Below are positions 26,056-37,446 of a DNA stretch of 64,000 nucleotides, in pieces; position 1 is the stretch's first letter; each line of letters begins with the position of its first letter. The notes below the pieces were generated by a model. The model saw only the letters and a program-made list of their open reading frames with translations, was not told the DNA's origin and made no database searches. This DNA is from Nitrospiraceae bacterium. GTDB lineage: Bacteria > Nitrospirota > Nitrospiria > Nitrospirales > Nitrospiraceae. The position numbers and the translations under genes are program-made. The stretch lies in contig JBBIQV010000001.1 in NCBI GenBank assembly GCA_037442105.1, forward strand, positions 1-64,000, read 5' to 3'.

Positions 26056-27720
26056 TCAAGATGACAACGCCTTTTCGCGCTCTTTCTGCAAGAGCTTATA
26101 CTCGATGCTGTCGGCTAACGCTTGCCAACTCGCCTCAATAATATTTTCCGAAACGCCGACCGTACTCCACTTATCTTTGTGGTCACCGGATTCAATCAGG
26201 ACGCGGACTTTCGATTCCGTGCCGCGATCCGCCGCAAGTACCCGCACCTTGTAATCGAGGAGCTTGACTTCGCGCAACTGGGGATAGAACTTTTCCAGCG
26301 CCTTGCGCAGGGCATGGTCCAGAGCATTGACGGGCCCCCTTCCGACAGCCGCAGTATGTTCGACCGCCTCGCCGACCTTGACCATGACCGTGGCCTCCGA
26401 CAACGGTTTCCCGTCGTCCTGCTTCTTTTCCACGATGACTCGAAAGCCCAGCAACTGAAAAGACGGTTGATGCGTACCCATCGCCTTGCGCAGCAACAGT
26501 TCAAAAGAACCCTCCGCCCCTTCGAACTGATAGCCCTGGCTTTCCCGCTGCTTGAGCGTTTCCACCAACTCCTGCACTTTGTGATGCTCTTTCGTCAACT
26601 TGATCCCGTACCCCTCAGCCTTTTCCAGCAGGCCGCTCCTCCCGGCATAGTCGGAAACCAGGACGCGCTGCCGATTACCGACCTGTTCCGGGATGACATG
26701 CTCATAGGTTGCGGGGTTCTTCAGCACGGCATGAATGTGCACCCCGCCCTTGTGGGCAAAGGCGGAATCGCCGACATAGGGCTGGTGCTTGTTGGGCATC
26801 AGGTTAGCGATCTCCGTCACAAAGCCGGAGACCTCTCTTAAATGAGAGAGCCGTTCGCCTAATGCGGAGCGTCGCATCTTCAGTTGCAGATTCGGTATGA
26901 TCGAACAGAGATTGGCGTTGCCGCACCGCTCGCCGATGCCGTTGATCGTCCCTTGCACCTGCACGATCCCCGTCTCGATCGCGACAAGGGAGTTCGCCAC
27001 CGCCATCTCGCAATCGTTATGCGCATGAATTCCGAGCGGGACGGCGAACTCCCCCCTCACGGTTTCGCAGATCTGCCGAATCTCCCAGGGCATGGCCCCG
27101 CCGTTCGTGTCGCACAGAATCAGGCGTTCAGCGCCCGCCTCCACCGCGTGCCGCAGCGTCTCCAACGCATAGTCGGGATTTGCCTTATACCCGTCGAAGA
27201 AATGCTCGGCGTCGTAAAACACCTGTCGGCCCTTCGTGCGGAGATACTCGACCGAGTCGCGAATCAACTCGAGGTTCTTCGCCAGGGAGATTCCGAGCGC
27301 ATCGGTGACGTGCAAGGACCAGGTCTTGCCAAACAGCGTGATTGTCTTCGTTTCGGCTCCGAGTAGAGCCTGTAAGTTTGGGTCTTTCTGGACACGATTG
27401 CTGGCTTTCCTGGTCGAGCCGAACGCGACGACCTTGGTATGCTTGAAGTGCATCGTTTTAACGATCCTGAAAAACTCGATGTCCTTTGGATTGGCGCCAG
27501 GCCAGCCACCCTCAATATAGTGTACCCCGAGTTCATCCAGCTTCTGTGCGACACGGACCTTGTCCTCGGCGGAAAAACTTACGTCCTCAGCTTGCGCGCC
27601 ATCGCGCAACGTCGTGTCGTAGATCTCCAGTTCGTCCGGCGCCGCATGGAGCGGTTGGACGCGCGCCTTCGGCCCGGCGCTGGAAGCGGACGCTGGTCGT
27701 GGAGTGAATTTCCGGCTCAT
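26056..27720 (-). CDS. cimA: Citramalate synthase
   Basis: [41 protein letters not shown]. Confidence 0.92.
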   Translation of the reverse strand: MSRKFTPRPASASSAGPKARVQPLHAAPDELEIYDTTLRDGAQAEDVSFSAEDKVRVAQKLDELGVHYIEGGWPGANPKDIEFFRIVKTMHFKHTKVVAFGSTRKASNRVQKDPNLQALLGAETKTITLFGKTWSLHVTDALGISLAKNLELIRDSVEYLRTKGRQVFYDAEHFFDGYKANPDYALETLRHAVEAGAERLILCDTNGGAMPWEIRQICETVRGEFAVPLGIHAHNDCEMAVANSLVAIETGIVQVQGTINGIGERCGNANLCSIIPNLQLKMRRSALGERLSHLREVSGFVTEIANLMPNKHQPYVGDSAFAHKGGVHIHAVLKNPATYEHVIPEQVGNRQRVLVSDYAGRSGLLEKAEGYGIKLTKEHHKVQELVETLKQRESQGYQFEGAEGSFELLLRKAMGTHQPSFQLLGFRVIVEKKQDDGKPLSEATVMVKVGEAVEHTAAVGRGPVNALDHALRKALEKFYPQLREVKLLDYKVRVLAADRGTESKVRVLIESGDHKDKWSTVGVSENIIEASWQALADSIEYKLLQKEREKALSS

Positions 27721-27782
27721 ATGTTGCCAAGAGGGTAGCAGGAGAGGGCTAGGCCTGTCGAGGGCAGGCCGGCGACCACGGC

Positions 27783-29036
27783 TTACGACGGCTTCCGGCG
27801 TTCCTCCGCCAGTGAGGACGACACCTGGTCCAATCCGAATGCCGAATGGAGCGCCCGCATGGCCAACTCCAAATACTTCTCATCGATGACGCAGGAAATC
27901 TTGATCTCGGAGGTGCTGATCATCATGATATTGACGCCTTCCCGCGACAGCACTTCGAACATCTTCGCCGCCACGCCGGAATGCGACCGCATGCCCACGC
28001 CGATCAACGACACCTTCGCGATAGCCTCGGTGACCGCGACCGACTTGGCATCGATGTCCTTGGCCACCCCTTGAATCAGAGGCACCGCCTTTTTCAGATC
28101 CACACGCGGGACGGTGAACGAGATGTCCGTCAACGAGGCTTGGCTCACGTTCTGAATGATCATGTCCACGACGATGTTGGCGTCCGCCACCGGCCCGAAA
28201 ATCCGCGCCGCGATTCCCGGCTTGTCCGGCACCCCCACGATCGTAATCTTCGCCTGATTCCGGTCCCCTGTGACACCGGAGACGGCGACACGTTCCATAT
28301 CCGCATCTTCGCTGGTCACGAGCGTCCCCTTTCCTTCCTTAAAACTGGAATTCACTTCGACCGGCACATTGTACTTCGCGGCAAACTCCACCGACCGGCT
28401 TTGTAGCACTTTCGCCCCCAGGCTGGCCATCTCCAGCATTTCCTCGTAGGAGATCTTGTCGATGCGCTTCGCCGACGGCACGATGTTCGGATCGGCCGTA
28501 TAGACTCCATCAACGTCGGTATAAATGACGCAGCGATCGGCCTTGAGCGCGGCGGCGAGAGCGACCGCCGTGAGATCGGACCCTCCGCGACCCAGCGTCG
28601 TCACATCCGATTGCTCATTGATTCCCTGAAACCCGGCCACCACCGGGATCACGCCCCCCGCCAGAGCCTGTCGAATACGGTCCGCCACCACCCGAGCGAT
28701 GCGCGCCTTCGTATGCGAGCTGTCCGTCAGGATACCCACCTGACGCCCGGTGAACGAGCGCGCATCAATGCCGCGCGCCCGCAAATCCATCGCGAGAAGC
28801 GCGATCGTCACCCGTTCTCCCGTGGATAACAGCATATCCAGCTCTCGCTCGTCGGGCGATGGCGTCACTTCATGGGCCAGCTTAATCAAGCGATCGGTCT
28901 CCCCGCTCATCGCCGACAACACCACCACCATCCGGTGCCCTTCTTGGTGAGCCCGCGCCACGCGGTCCGCGACCCAGTGGATCCGTTCGATCGTGCCGAC
29001 CGATGTGCCCCCATATTTGTGGACGATGAGCGCCAC
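27783..29036 (-). CDS. lysC: Aspartate kinase
   Basis: [25 protein letters not shown], two ACT domains. Confidence 0.96.
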   Translation of the reverse strand: MALIVHKYGGTSVGTIERIHWVADRVARAHQEGHRMVVVLSAMSGETDRLIKLAHEVTPSPDERELDMLLSTGERVTIALLAMDLRARGIDARSFTGRQVGILTDSSHTKARIARVVADRIRQALAGGVIPVVAGFQGINEQSDVTTLGRGGSDLTAVALAAALKADRCVIYTDVDGVYTADPNIVPSAKRIDKISYEEMLEMASLGAKVLQSRSVEFAAKYNVPVEVNSSFKEGKGTLVTSEDADMERVAVSGVTGDRNQAKITIVGVPDKPGIAARIFGPVADANIVVDMIIQNVSQASLTDISFTVPRVDLKKAVPLIQGVAKDIDAKSVAVTEAIAKVSLIGVGMRSHSGVAAKMFEVLSREGVNIMMISTSEIKISCVIDEKYLELAMRALHSAFGLDQVSSSLAEERRKPS

Positions 29037-29041
29037 GGCTG

Positions 29042-30283
29042 CTACCCTCGAGGAAAAAGTTTGGTGATGAGTTTCGTCGCATCTCGCGGGGCTGTACCAT
29101 TCGCTTTGGCATCAGCCTCGTGAAATCGTCTTGAGAGAGTCGTCGGTTGCTTAGCGGGACCTTCGCAGTAGGCGTAGAAGGCCTGCGCCTTGACGCCTCC
29201 GCTGACAGCGGACGAAGCCGGGTCGCAGATCGCCAACAGACGATACGCGCCGGACTTAGACAGACCGTCCAGCAGCGGTCCCATGAGAGACTTGTCTAAT
29301 TCCTCGATCGCCTTGATCTTTTCCTTGATCTCCGCTCCCCGGAGCACCCGATCAGAAAGCCCGACATGGAGATAGACCAAGTCCTTCTTGGCCAGTTCAC
29401 GCAAAGCCACCTCACCCCATAGGCGATAATCCCCTCCCTCAGACAACGAGACAGGATCAACGGGGTCAAGTCCCGCGCAAACTCCGATGCCTCGATGCAG
29501 ATCTCTTGACGACACGACCGCGCCGGTAATGCCATAGCGCTCCGTCAGCGTTGGCCAGGCTGGCGCACGCCCCTGCCCCCAGAGCCAGAGGCAGTTGGCC
29601 GGATTTTGCCCCGCCCCTCTTCTCTCTTCATTAATCGGATGATCGCGCAAGATGACCAGGGAAGCGTCCATCAGCTTTCGAAGAATCTCCGCGCCGTCTC
29701 CCGTGGGCAGGTACTCGTTGACGGGATGTCCGACGACTCGCCGCGGATCGGTGCAGACGGATCGCACCCTCCCTCCGACCCAGACCATCAAATGCCGGTG
29801 TCCCGACCCAGGGTAGAATTGAATCGTCTCGGATCCGAGTTGTTCATTGATCGCATCGATCAATTCCCGCGCCTGCTCGGAATCGATGAGACCGGCCGTG
29901 GCATCGTCCATCACCACATGCGGACCCAGTTTTTTGAGATCCGCTGCGGCAGACCGGCTTCCCACCTGCGCCTCCGGACGCAACGTCACCATCGTGCAGC
30001 GGAAGACCACGTCATGCTCGCCGACCGTCACGCCCAGACTGGCAGCCTCTAGTGGAGCAGGCCCCGGATAGTACTTGCGCGGATCGTATCCAAGGATCGC
30101 CACACCCATCACATCGCTCCCCTGCACACCTCCATCGCTCGGCAGCCCGAGCAGGCCCAGCTCGCCGGCCCGCGCCACACGATCCAGGTTGGGAGTAGCG
30201 GCAGCTTGGAGGGCTGTGTTGCCGTTCAGTTCTTGACGAGGCAGATCCGCAAATCCGTCCGCGTGCAGAATAAGATACTTCAT
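29042..30283 (-). CDS. Cofactor-independent phosphoglycerate mutase-like protein (ApgM / proposed homoserine kinase family) with degenerate metal ligands
   Basis: DG.AD, A.TPNLD, GSDV, LGYDP, PLEAA, WLWGQG motifs; C-terminal His ligands absent. Confidence 0.8.
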   Translation of the reverse strand: MKYLILHADGFADLPRQELNGNTALQAAATPNLDRVARAGELGLLGLPSDGGVQGSDVMGVAILGYDPRKYYPGPAPLEAASLGVTVGEHDVVFRCTMVTLRPEAQVGSRSAAADLKKLGPHVVMDDATAGLIDSEQARELIDAINEQLGSETIQFYPGSGHRHLMVWVGGRVRSVCTDPRRVVGHPVNEYLPTGDGAEILRKLMDASLVILRDHPINEERRGAGQNPANCLWLWGQGRAPAWPTLTERYGITGAVVSSRDLHRGIGVCAGLDPVDPVSLSEGGDYRLWGEVALRELAKKDLVYLHVGLSDRVLRGAEIKEKIKAIEELDKSLMGPLLDGLSKSGAYRLLAICDPASSAVSGGVKAQAFYAYCEGPAKQPTTLSRRFHEADAKANGTAPRDATKLITKLFPRG

Positions 30284-30300
30284 GACAGGGTTTGCCGCAC

Positions 30301-31359
30301 TTACACCTTCAACAGTCGGGCGACGTCGTCTCGCGAGGCCTTGACGGTCGGCGGTTGACGCGAAACGGAAATTGCCGTATCGGCATCCTTCAAACCGTGG
30401 CCGGTCAGAGTGCAGACGACTATTTCCCCTTCCTTCAGCACCTCTCCACGGCTCATTTTCATCACCCCTGCGACCGAGGCAGCAGAAGATGGCTCGCAGA
30501 AGACGCCTTCTTCCGCCGCAACCATCGTATAGGCTTGGAGGATTTCCTCGTCTGTGACCATGTCGATGGAACCGGACGATTCCTGAATCGTATTGAGGGC
30601 TCCTTGCCAGCTAGCCGGATTCCCGATGCGAATGGCTGTCGCGATCGTTTGCGGCTGTTCTACCACACGGCCCAGGACAATCGGCGCGGCTCCGGCCGCT
30701 TGGAACCCCACCATCCGAGGTAAGCGTCGACTTTGGCTGGCCGCGTAATATTCTTTGTAGCCGCGCCAATACGCAGTGATGTTGCCGGCGTTGCCGACCG
30801 GCAGGACATGCATCGTCGGAGCGTCTCCCAATTGGTCGCACACCTCCATCGCCGCCGTCTTCTGCCCCTCGATCCTGAATGGGTTGATCGAATTGACCAG
30901 CTCGATTTTATAGCTCGCCGCCAGCTCCTTGACGATCGTCAGCGCCTGATCGAAATTCCCTTCGATCTGAATGACGGTGGCCTGATGGATCATCGCCTGA
31001 GATAATTTCCCAAGGGCGATCTTGCCGGCTGGAATCAGGACGAACACGGCTAAGCCGGCCCGGGCACCGTAGGCGGCCGCGGAGGCGGAGGTATTGCCGG
31101 TCGAGGCGCAAATCACCGCCCTGGCTCCGCCCTCGAGCGCCTTCGAGATCGCCATGGTCATCCCCCGGTCTTTGAAAGACCCGGTTGGGTTGGCGCCTTC
31201 GTATTTCAGATACAGGTCGACGCCCGGCGCGATCTTTTGGGCCAGGCGACTCGCGCGGATCAGCGGCGTGTTCCCCTCGCCCAACGTCACGATGGGGGTC
31301 GCGTCCGTCACCGGGAGGAACTTTCGATACTCGTGTATGATGCCACGCCAGCGGGTCAT
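30301..31359 (-). CDS. thrC: Threonine synthase
   Basis: [40 protein letters not shown]. Confidence 0.96.
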   Translation of the reverse strand: MTRWRGIIHEYRKFLPVTDATPIVTLGEGNTPLIRASRLAQKIAPGVDLYLKYEGANPTGSFKDRGMTMAISKALEGGARAVICASTGNTSASAAAYGARAGLAVFVLIPAGKIALGKLSQAMIHQATVIQIEGNFDQALTIVKELAASYKIELVNSINPFRIEGQKTAAMEVCDQLGDAPTMHVLPVGNAGNITAYWRGYKEYYAASQSRRLPRMVGFQAAGAAPIVLGRVVEQPQTIATAIRIGNPASWQGALNTIQESSGSIDMVTDEEILQAYTMVAAEEGVFCEPSSAASVAGVMKMSRGEVLKEGEIVVCTLTGHGLKDADTAISVSRQPPTVKASRDDVARLLKV

Positions 31360-31409
31360 ACGAGAGACGACGATTCAGCAGCGTTGGTGACCGTTCGGGA
31401 GGCCATGAC

Positions 31410-32723
31410 TCACTCGTCACGTCCTTCGACGCGGATCAAGGTGGTAGGTTCCGAAATGAACCCCATCCGATCAATCTCGCAAAGCGAGGCTTGGACATCG
31501 CGTTCTTTTGCGGTGTGTGTCTTGATGACAACGGGGACGGTCTGCCCGTCTTTGCGGCCCTGCTGCAAGACGGACGAAATGCTGATGCCGCCGCGTCCCA
31601 ACACACCGGCGATCTGCGAGAGCACACCGGGCCGGTCGAGCACCATGAATCTCAAATAATAGAGGGAGCTGATTTCTTCCATCGGCCGCATGCGCAGCGG
31701 TCGGCGCTGGTCCTGCTGGAAAGACGCAGGCGGCACGCGGCCGGTCGTTCCTGCGATCAGATTCCTCGCAATCGCAATGACATCGCTCATGACAGCGCTG
31801 CCGGTCGGCATCGACCCGGCGCCCTGGCCGTAAAGGACCACGTCGCTGACCGCATCTCCGACAAGTTGGATCGCGTTGTACACCCCTTCCACCTGCGCAA
31901 TGGGGGACGAGGAAGCGATCATCGTCGGATGGACCCTTGCTTCGATCTCGCCGTCCACCAGCTTGGCGATGGCCAAGAGCTTGATGGTGTACCCGAACTC
32001 TTTGGCGTAAGCAATATCAAGCGGGGTCAGCCTGGTGATGCCTTCGGTGTATACTTCCTTGAAATTGACAGGCGTCCCATAAGCCAAGCTCACCAGAATG
32101 GCCAGCTTGTGCGCCGAGTCGATCCCTGCCACATCGAAGGTTGGGTCGGCCTCGGCATAGCCCGCTCGTTGCGCCTCCTTGAGGACCGCCTCAAAGCTCT
32201 GTCCCTCGTGCGTCATCCGGCTCAGAATGTAATTCGAGGTCCCGTTGATGATGCCGTAGATCGATTGGATGGTATTGGCAGCCAGTCCCTCGGTGAGGGC
32301 TCGAATCACGGGAATCCCGCCACCCACGCTCGCCTCAAACCCCAGATCGACGTGCCGACGTGCGGCGGCTTCAAATATCTCTTCCCCGTGCACTGCCAAG
32401 AGCGCTTTGTTGGCCGTTACCACATGTTTCCCATTGGCAATGGCATCCAAGATAACGCGCTTGGCCGCATCGTAACCACCGATCAGCTCGACGACAATAT
32501 CGATCGCCTGGTCCTCAATAACTTGCTTGGCATCCGTCGTCAGAAGACCTGGCGGCAGCGCGAGGCCGCGATCTCTTGTCACGTCCAAGTCCGCCACACG
32601 CACCAGCTCGATGGGCAGGCCCACGCGCCGGCGGATCACGGCGGCGTTGTTTAACAGAATTTTCGCTACGCCGGTTCCTACCGTGCCAAAGCCGACGATC
32701 CCGACGCCGATCCGCGATCTCAT
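31410..32723 (-). CDS. hom: Homoserine dehydrogenase
   Basis: [29 protein letters not shown]-terminal ACT domain. Confidence 0.96.
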   Translation of the reverse strand: MRSRIGVGIVGFGTVGTGVAKILLNNAAVIRRRVGLPIELVRVADLDVTRDRGLALPPGLLTTDAKQVIEDQAIDIVVELIGGYDAAKRVILDAIANGKHVVTANKALLAVHGEEIFEAAARRHVDLGFEASVGGGIPVIRALTEGLAANTIQSIYGIINGTSNYILSRMTHEGQSFEAVLKEAQRAGYAEADPTFDVAGIDSAHKLAILVSLAYGTPVNFKEVYTEGITRLTPLDIAYAKEFGYTIKLLAIAKLVDGEIEARVHPTMIASSSPIAQVEGVYNAIQLVGDAVSDVVLYGQGAGSMPTGSAVMSDVIAIARNLIAGTTGRVPPASFQQDQRRPLRMRPMEEISSLYYLRFMVLDRPGVLSQIAGVLGRGGISISSVLQQGRKDGQTVPVVIKTHTAKERDVQASLCEIDRMGFISEPTTLIRVEGRDE

Positions 32724-33916
32724 GCGCCCCCTCCACCCAGTTTCAAGGCCTTGCGGATCCCTCTCACAGCTTGTCGAGTTCGATGTTCGTTCTCCACGAG
32801 GGCGAACCGAACATACTCGTCTCCCCCTTCGCCGAATCCAATGCCGGGCGACACCGCGACTTTCGCCTCGCGCAGAAGGAGCTTCGAAAACTCGAGCGAG
32901 CCCATGTGCCGGTAGGGGGGTGGAATCCTGGCCCACACGAACATCGTCGCGCGCGGCTTATCAACCGCCCATCCGATCCGGTTCAAGCCGCTCACCAGGA
33001 CATTGCGGCGGTTCTGATACCGTTGCACGATCTCCTTCACGCAATCTTGCGGCCCATTCAGCGCGACGGTGCTGGCGATCTGGATCGGCTGGAAAATTCC
33101 GTAATCGAGATAGCTCTTGATCTTGGCCAAGGCCCCCACCACTTCTCGGTTGCCGACGCAAAAACCGACTCGCCAACCAGGCATGTTATAACTTTTCGAG
33201 AGCGTATAAAACTCGACGCCGATGTCCTTCGCTTCAGGCACTTGGAGCAAACTAGGAGCCTTGTACCCGTCGAACACGATATCCGCATAGGCGAGATCGT
33301 GAATCACGATCACATTGTGTTCTTTGGCAAAGGCGACGATCTTTTTGAAGAACTCCAGATCGACTACGGCCGTCGTCGGGTTGTGCGGGAAATTGATGAC
33401 CAAGATCCGTGGGCGCGGCAGAGTCTGTCTGTAGACGCGCAGGAGGTCATCGAAGAAGTCGCTGTCCTGGCGTAATTCGATCCCGCGGACCTCGCCCCCC
33501 GCAATAATGAAGCTATACATATGAATGGGGTACGTCGGCGTAGGGGTGAGCACCACATCTCCTGGACCGATCATCGCAAGAGCGAGGTGGGCCAGCCCTT
33601 CCTTCGAGCCGATCGTCACGATGGCCTCCGTTTCCGGATCCAAATCGACGTCGTAGTTCCGCTTGTACCAGCCGGCAATCGCATGACGCAGTTTGGTGAT
33701 CCCGCGAGAAGCCGAATACCGATGGTTCTTCGCTTTTTTCGCTGACTCAAGCAGCTTCTCTACAATGTGGGCCGGGGTCGGCTGATCGGGATTGCCCATT
33801 CCAAAATCAATAATATCCTCACCCCGATGCCGTGCCTCCAGTTTCAGCGCCTGAACTTGCGCAAACACGTACGGCGGCAGCCGTTTAATGCGGTAGAATC
33901 CTTCTCCTATTCCCAT
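32720..33916 (-). CDS. alaC: PLP-dependent class I aminotransferase (AlaC-like)
   Basis: [44 protein letters not shown]. Confidence 0.85.
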   Translation of the reverse strand: MGIGEGFYRIKRLPPYVFAQVQALKLEARHRGEDIIDFGMGNPDQPTPAHIVEKLLESAKKAKNHRYSASRGITKLRHAIAGWYKRNYDVDLDPETEAIVTIGSKEGLAHLALAMIGPGDVVLTPTPTYPIHMYSFIIAGGEVRGIELRQDSDFFDDLLRVYRQTLPRPRILVINFPHNPTTAVVDLEFFKKIVAFAKEHNVIVIHDLAYADIVFDGYKAPSLLQVPEAKDIGVEFYTLSKSYNMPGWRVGFCVGNREVVGALAKIKSYLDYGIFQPIQIASTVALNGPQDCVKEIVQRYQNRRNVLVSGLNRIGWAVDKPRATMFVWARIPPPYRHMGSLEFSKLLLREAKVAVSPGIGFGEGGDEYVRFALVENEHRTRQAVRGIRKALKLGGGGA

Positions 33917-34161
33917 AGTCTCCCTTGCTCGCCTTCTGCAGAGCGCCTATTCTAATTGGAGCCGCCCATTGAGTCAATTTTCATGTGATCTTGTGGGGTT
34001 GGAACACTTTCGACAATCCCCATCCTGTGGCACCCCATGCAGCGGCCGCTCGCCTCAGTCCTTGCTCGCTCCGGCTGTTTCTGCTATTAATGCGTCACTC
34101 TCACGACATCTGGCGGGGCTCCCGCTCTCTCGCTCTCTGCTCATACCTGATCGGAGAACCA

Positions 34162-34875
34162 GTGGCACGACTCGGTGTCAACATTGATCACGTTGCGACG
34201 CTCAGGCAAGCTCGCGGCGGGAATGAACCGGATCCTCTCGCGGCCGCCATGCTCGTCGAACTCGCCGGAGCAGACGGACTGGTCGTTCACCTCCGTGAGG
34301 ATCGCCGGCATATTCAGGATCGGGATCTGACGCTCTTGCGGGAAATCGTGCGTACGAAACTGGACCTCGAAATGGCCGCGGATGAAACGATGGCCAAGAT
34401 CGCCTTGGGCGTGAAGCCGCACCTGGTCACCCTCGTTCCAGAACACCGGCAAGAATTGACCACCGAAGGAGGACTTGACGTCGTGGGACACCGCGAGCGG
34501 ATCCGGTCGATCATCGATATGCTGCACGAGGGTGGCATTCCGGTCAGCTTGTTTATAGAGCCGGACCTGACGCAGATCAAAGCCGCGCACAAGGTCGCGG
34601 CCGACTATGTCGAATTGCATACGGGTCGCTACGCCAATGCCCAGCGCGCAAAAGAAGAGCAGGCGGAGTTTGAAGCGATCTCTCAGGCGGCGAAGCTCGC
34701 CTACAAGTTGGGCATCGGCGTCAATGCGGGGCACGGCTTGAACTATCGGAACGTGAAGCGGCTGACGCACATTCCGGAGATCGTCGAGTACAACATCGGC
34801 CACAGCATCGTCGCGCGAGCGGTATTTGTCGGCCTTGAGCACGCCGTTCGGGAAATGAAAGAACTCGTGAGTTAA
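34162..34875 (+). CDS. pdxJ: Pyridoxine 5'-phosphate synthase
   Basis: [44 protein letters not shown] start after GGAG. Confidence 0.97.
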   Translation: MARLGVNIDHVATLRQARGGNEPDPLAAAMLVELAGADGLVVHLREDRRHIQDRDLTLLREIVRTKLDLEMAADETMAKIALGVKPHLVTLVPEHRQELTTEGGLDVVGHRERIRSIIDMLHEGGIPVSLFIEPDLTQIKAAHKVAADYVELHTGRYANAQRAKEEQAEFEAISQAAKLAYKLGIGVNAGHGLNYRNVKRLTHIPEIVEYNIGHSIVARAVFVGLEHAVREMKELVS

Positions 34876-34980
34876 GCATCGTGCATTCTCGCTATGTTGA
34901 TCGAGCCAGGACCCGATCATGGTCGTCAGCTTGAAAACTGCCGGTCGTCTCCCGTGTCCTTCCGATAGGTTGTCCCCTCC

Positions 34981-36537
34981 ATGATGAAGATTGTCACCGC
35001 GGCCCAGATGCAGGCATTGGATCGCCGGACCATCGAGGTCGCAAAAGTTCCCGCGATCACCTTAATGGAGCGAGCGGGAGCCGGCGTCGCAGCTCATCTG
35101 GAGACTTTGGTTGAACCGCTTCGTGGCAAAACCATTTGCGTGGTCTGCGGGAAGGGTAACAACGGCGGCGACGGATTGGTGGCGGCTCGTCTTCTCCGGC
35201 AGCGAGGCGCAAAGGTCATGGCCCTCCTCATGACACCTTCATCCGAGCTCAGCCGCGATGCGAACGTCATGTATCGGCGTTTCTCGAAGATTGCCGGTTC
35301 TTCAGCCGTTCGCACTCCTTCGCCAACCAACCACCTCCGTAAGTACCTCGCAGCCAGCGACGTGGTTATCGATGCGCTCTTAGGAACCGGCCTCTCTTCG
35401 CCCGTCAGCGGCCATTACCGGGAAGCCATCGAACTCATCAATGAGTCCGGACGACCGGTGGTGGCAGTCGATCTGCCTTCAGGGATTCATGCCGATCACG
35501 GTGCAGTGATGGGTGCTGCTGTCCGAGCGAACCTGACCGTGACGTTCGGAGCCCCAAAGTTGGGCCTATATCTCGGCGCCGGTATCGACCACGCCGGTGC
35601 GGTCCGGATCGTAGATATCGGGATTCCCCAAGCCTTCCTCGATGCCGTCGAAAGCCGCATCTTGCTCATGACCGCCGCCTCTGCCGGCCAGGCTCTACCT
35701 GTACGTCTGCCCTCTGCTCACAAAGGAACCTTTGGGCATGCGGGAATCATCGCAGGATCCGTCGGCAAAACCGGGGCGGCCGCGTTGGCGGCCAAAGCCG
35801 CACTTCGCGTGGGAGCCGGCCTCGTCACCGTCGCGACGCCTTCGAGCGTGAACGACACGCTCGAAGCGAAACTCCTCGAGGCGATGACGGTGCCAATGCC
35901 AGAAACCAAAGCGCGAACCTTGGCACGGTCGGGACTTGATCGTCTCATGGGTTTTGTCGGCCTGCGATCAGCTATCGCGATCGGTCCAGGCCTCACGACC
36001 CACCCGGAAACCGTCGATTTGGTCCAGACCCTGGTCACGCAAATGGAGAAGCCCTGTGTGCTGGACGCTGATGCGCTGAATGCGTTAGCCGGGAGAGCGT
36101 CGCTCCTCACCGAATCCAAGATTCCTCCTATTCTCACTCCTCACCCCGGCGAAATGGCCAGGCTGGAAGCCGATGCAACGCCGCAGTCCGTGAACGCTGA
36201 TCGAATCGGGATCGCGAGCCGGTTTGCGCGCGAACGCGGCGTGTTTCTCGTCTTGAAGGGAGCCAGGACGGTGGTGGCCCGACCGGATGGGATGGTCGCC
36301 ATCTGCCCGACGGGCAATCCCGGCATGGCGACGGCTGGGACCGGCGATGTCCTGACCGGGATGATCGTGGGCCTGCTCGCGCAAGGTATCCCTCAGTGGG
36401 AAGCCGCCTGTACCGCCACCTACGTTCATGGTGCTGCGGGAGACCTGGCTGCCGCTAAACTTGGACGAGCCGGGATGATCGCGAGCGATTTGCTCGAAGA
36501 GATTCCTCATGCCCTCGCGACAATCTCGTCCTCCTAG
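34981..36537 (+). CDS. nnr: Bifunctional NAD(P)H-hydrate epimerase/dehydratase
   Basis: LMERAG, GKGNNGGDG, DLPSG, HKGTFG, TPHPGE, ATAGTGDVL. Confidence 0.95.
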   Translation: MMKIVTAAQMQALDRRTIEVAKVPAITLMERAGAGVAAHLETLVEPLRGKTICVVCGKGNNGGDGLVAARLLRQRGAKVMALLMTPSSELSRDANVMYRRFSKIAGSSAVRTPSPTNHLRKYLAASDVVIDALLGTGLSSPVSGHYREAIELINESGRPVVAVDLPSGIHADHGAVMGAAVRANLTVTFGAPKLGLYLGAGIDHAGAVRIVDIGIPQAFLDAVESRILLMTAASAGQALPVRLPSAHKGTFGHAGIIAGSVGKTGAAALAAKAALRVGAGLVTVATPSSVNDTLEAKLLEAMTVPMPETKARTLARSGLDRLMGFVGLRSAIAIGPGLTTHPETVDLVQTLVTQMEKPCVLDADALNALAGRASLLTESKIPPILTPHPGEMARLEADATPQSVNADRIGIASRFARERGVFLVLKGARTVVARPDGMVAICPTGNPGMATAGTGDVLTGMIVGLLAQGIPQWEAACTATYVHGAAGDLAAAKLGRAGMIASDLLEEIPHALATISSS

Positions 36538-37105
36538 GATCATCCGTCCGGCTACCAGGCCGGCTCGCACAAAGCCTCCTCGTGCTGTGGGGGCCGTTTC
36601 GTTTACAATCATCTCCCGGTCCTCTCGGTCCACGCAACAGTTGGGACGGACGATTGGAAGGGCCCTACAAGGCGGTGAAGTGATCGGACTTTACGGAGAC
36701 CTGGGAACCGGCAAGACCACCCTGGTTCGTGGTATTGCAGCGGGCCTGAACGCCTCTCCCCACGCAGTCAGCAGCCCCACGTTCGTGCTGATCCACGAAT
36801 ACGCAGGGCGCGTGCCGCTCGCGCACGTGGACCTCTATCGAATCCAATCCGAGGCAGAACTTGCCACGCTCGGCCTCTCCGAGTATCACAATGGCACAAC
36901 CGTGGTCGTCGTCGAGTGGGCAAATCGCGCCGGATCGGAGCTCGGGCCGGACTATCTGGCCGTTTCTCTTGCACATCGGACAGAACGCACCAGAACCATT
37001 CGGGTTGAGGCAAACGGCCCCCGCTCGGTCACTCTGCTCTCTCTGGTTCAAAAACTGCGTCGGCGGGGGGGACTCCCACGACCGGTCCACGCAGGTGCGG
37101 CATGA
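36509..37105 (+). CDS. tsaE: t6A biosynthesis ATPase TsaE
   Basis: GDLGTGKTT, VSSPTF, HVDLYR, VEW; start uncertain. Confidence 0.93.
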   Translation: MPSRQSRPPRIIRPATRPARTKPPRAVGAVSFTIISRSSRSTQQLGRTIGRALQGGEVIGLYGDLGTGKTTLVRGIAAGLNASPHAVSSPTFVLIHEYAGRVPLAHVDLYRIQSEAELATLGLSEYHNGTTVVVVEWANRAGSELGPDYLAVSLAHRTERTRTIRVEANGPRSVTLLSLVQKLRRRGGLPRPVHAGAA

Positions 37106-37446
37106 TTCGCCTGATCTTCGTCGGCATCCTGCTCTTATTGTCCCTTGCTTTCTTTCTCCAGAATCAGGAACAGGAAGTCACCCTCCGCTACTTCTTCGGA
37201 TTGCGCTCCGCCTCGACACACATCTACAAACCCATCCTAGCCGCCTTCGCGATCGGGTTGTTGGTGTCGGGCATTCTCCTCTTTCCCGCGTGGGTGCGGG
37301 GCCGGATCGAGCTGCGGCGCAAGATGAAGGCCCTCCAGCAAGCCGAAGTGGATTTGGAACGGCTCCGTCAATCCCTGGACAAAGCCTTAAGCCGCTCGGT
37401 CGACGCGGCGCAGGAAAACTCCATGGAGGAGCATGCGGATGAGTGA
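37102..37446 (+). CDS. LapA-family membrane protein
   Basis: TM-QN..V-TM followed by a coiled-coil tail. Confidence 0.75.
   Translation: MIRLIFVGILLLLSLAFFLQNQEQEVTLRYFFGLRSASTHIYKPILAAFAIGLLVSGILLFPAWVRGRIELRRKMKALQQAEVDLERLRQSLDKALSRSVDAAQENSMEEHADE

Noticed and set aside
34876..34980. Possible acpS remnant between pdxJ and nnr
   Set aside because: Only ~105 bp, with no AcpS-like motif that I could find.
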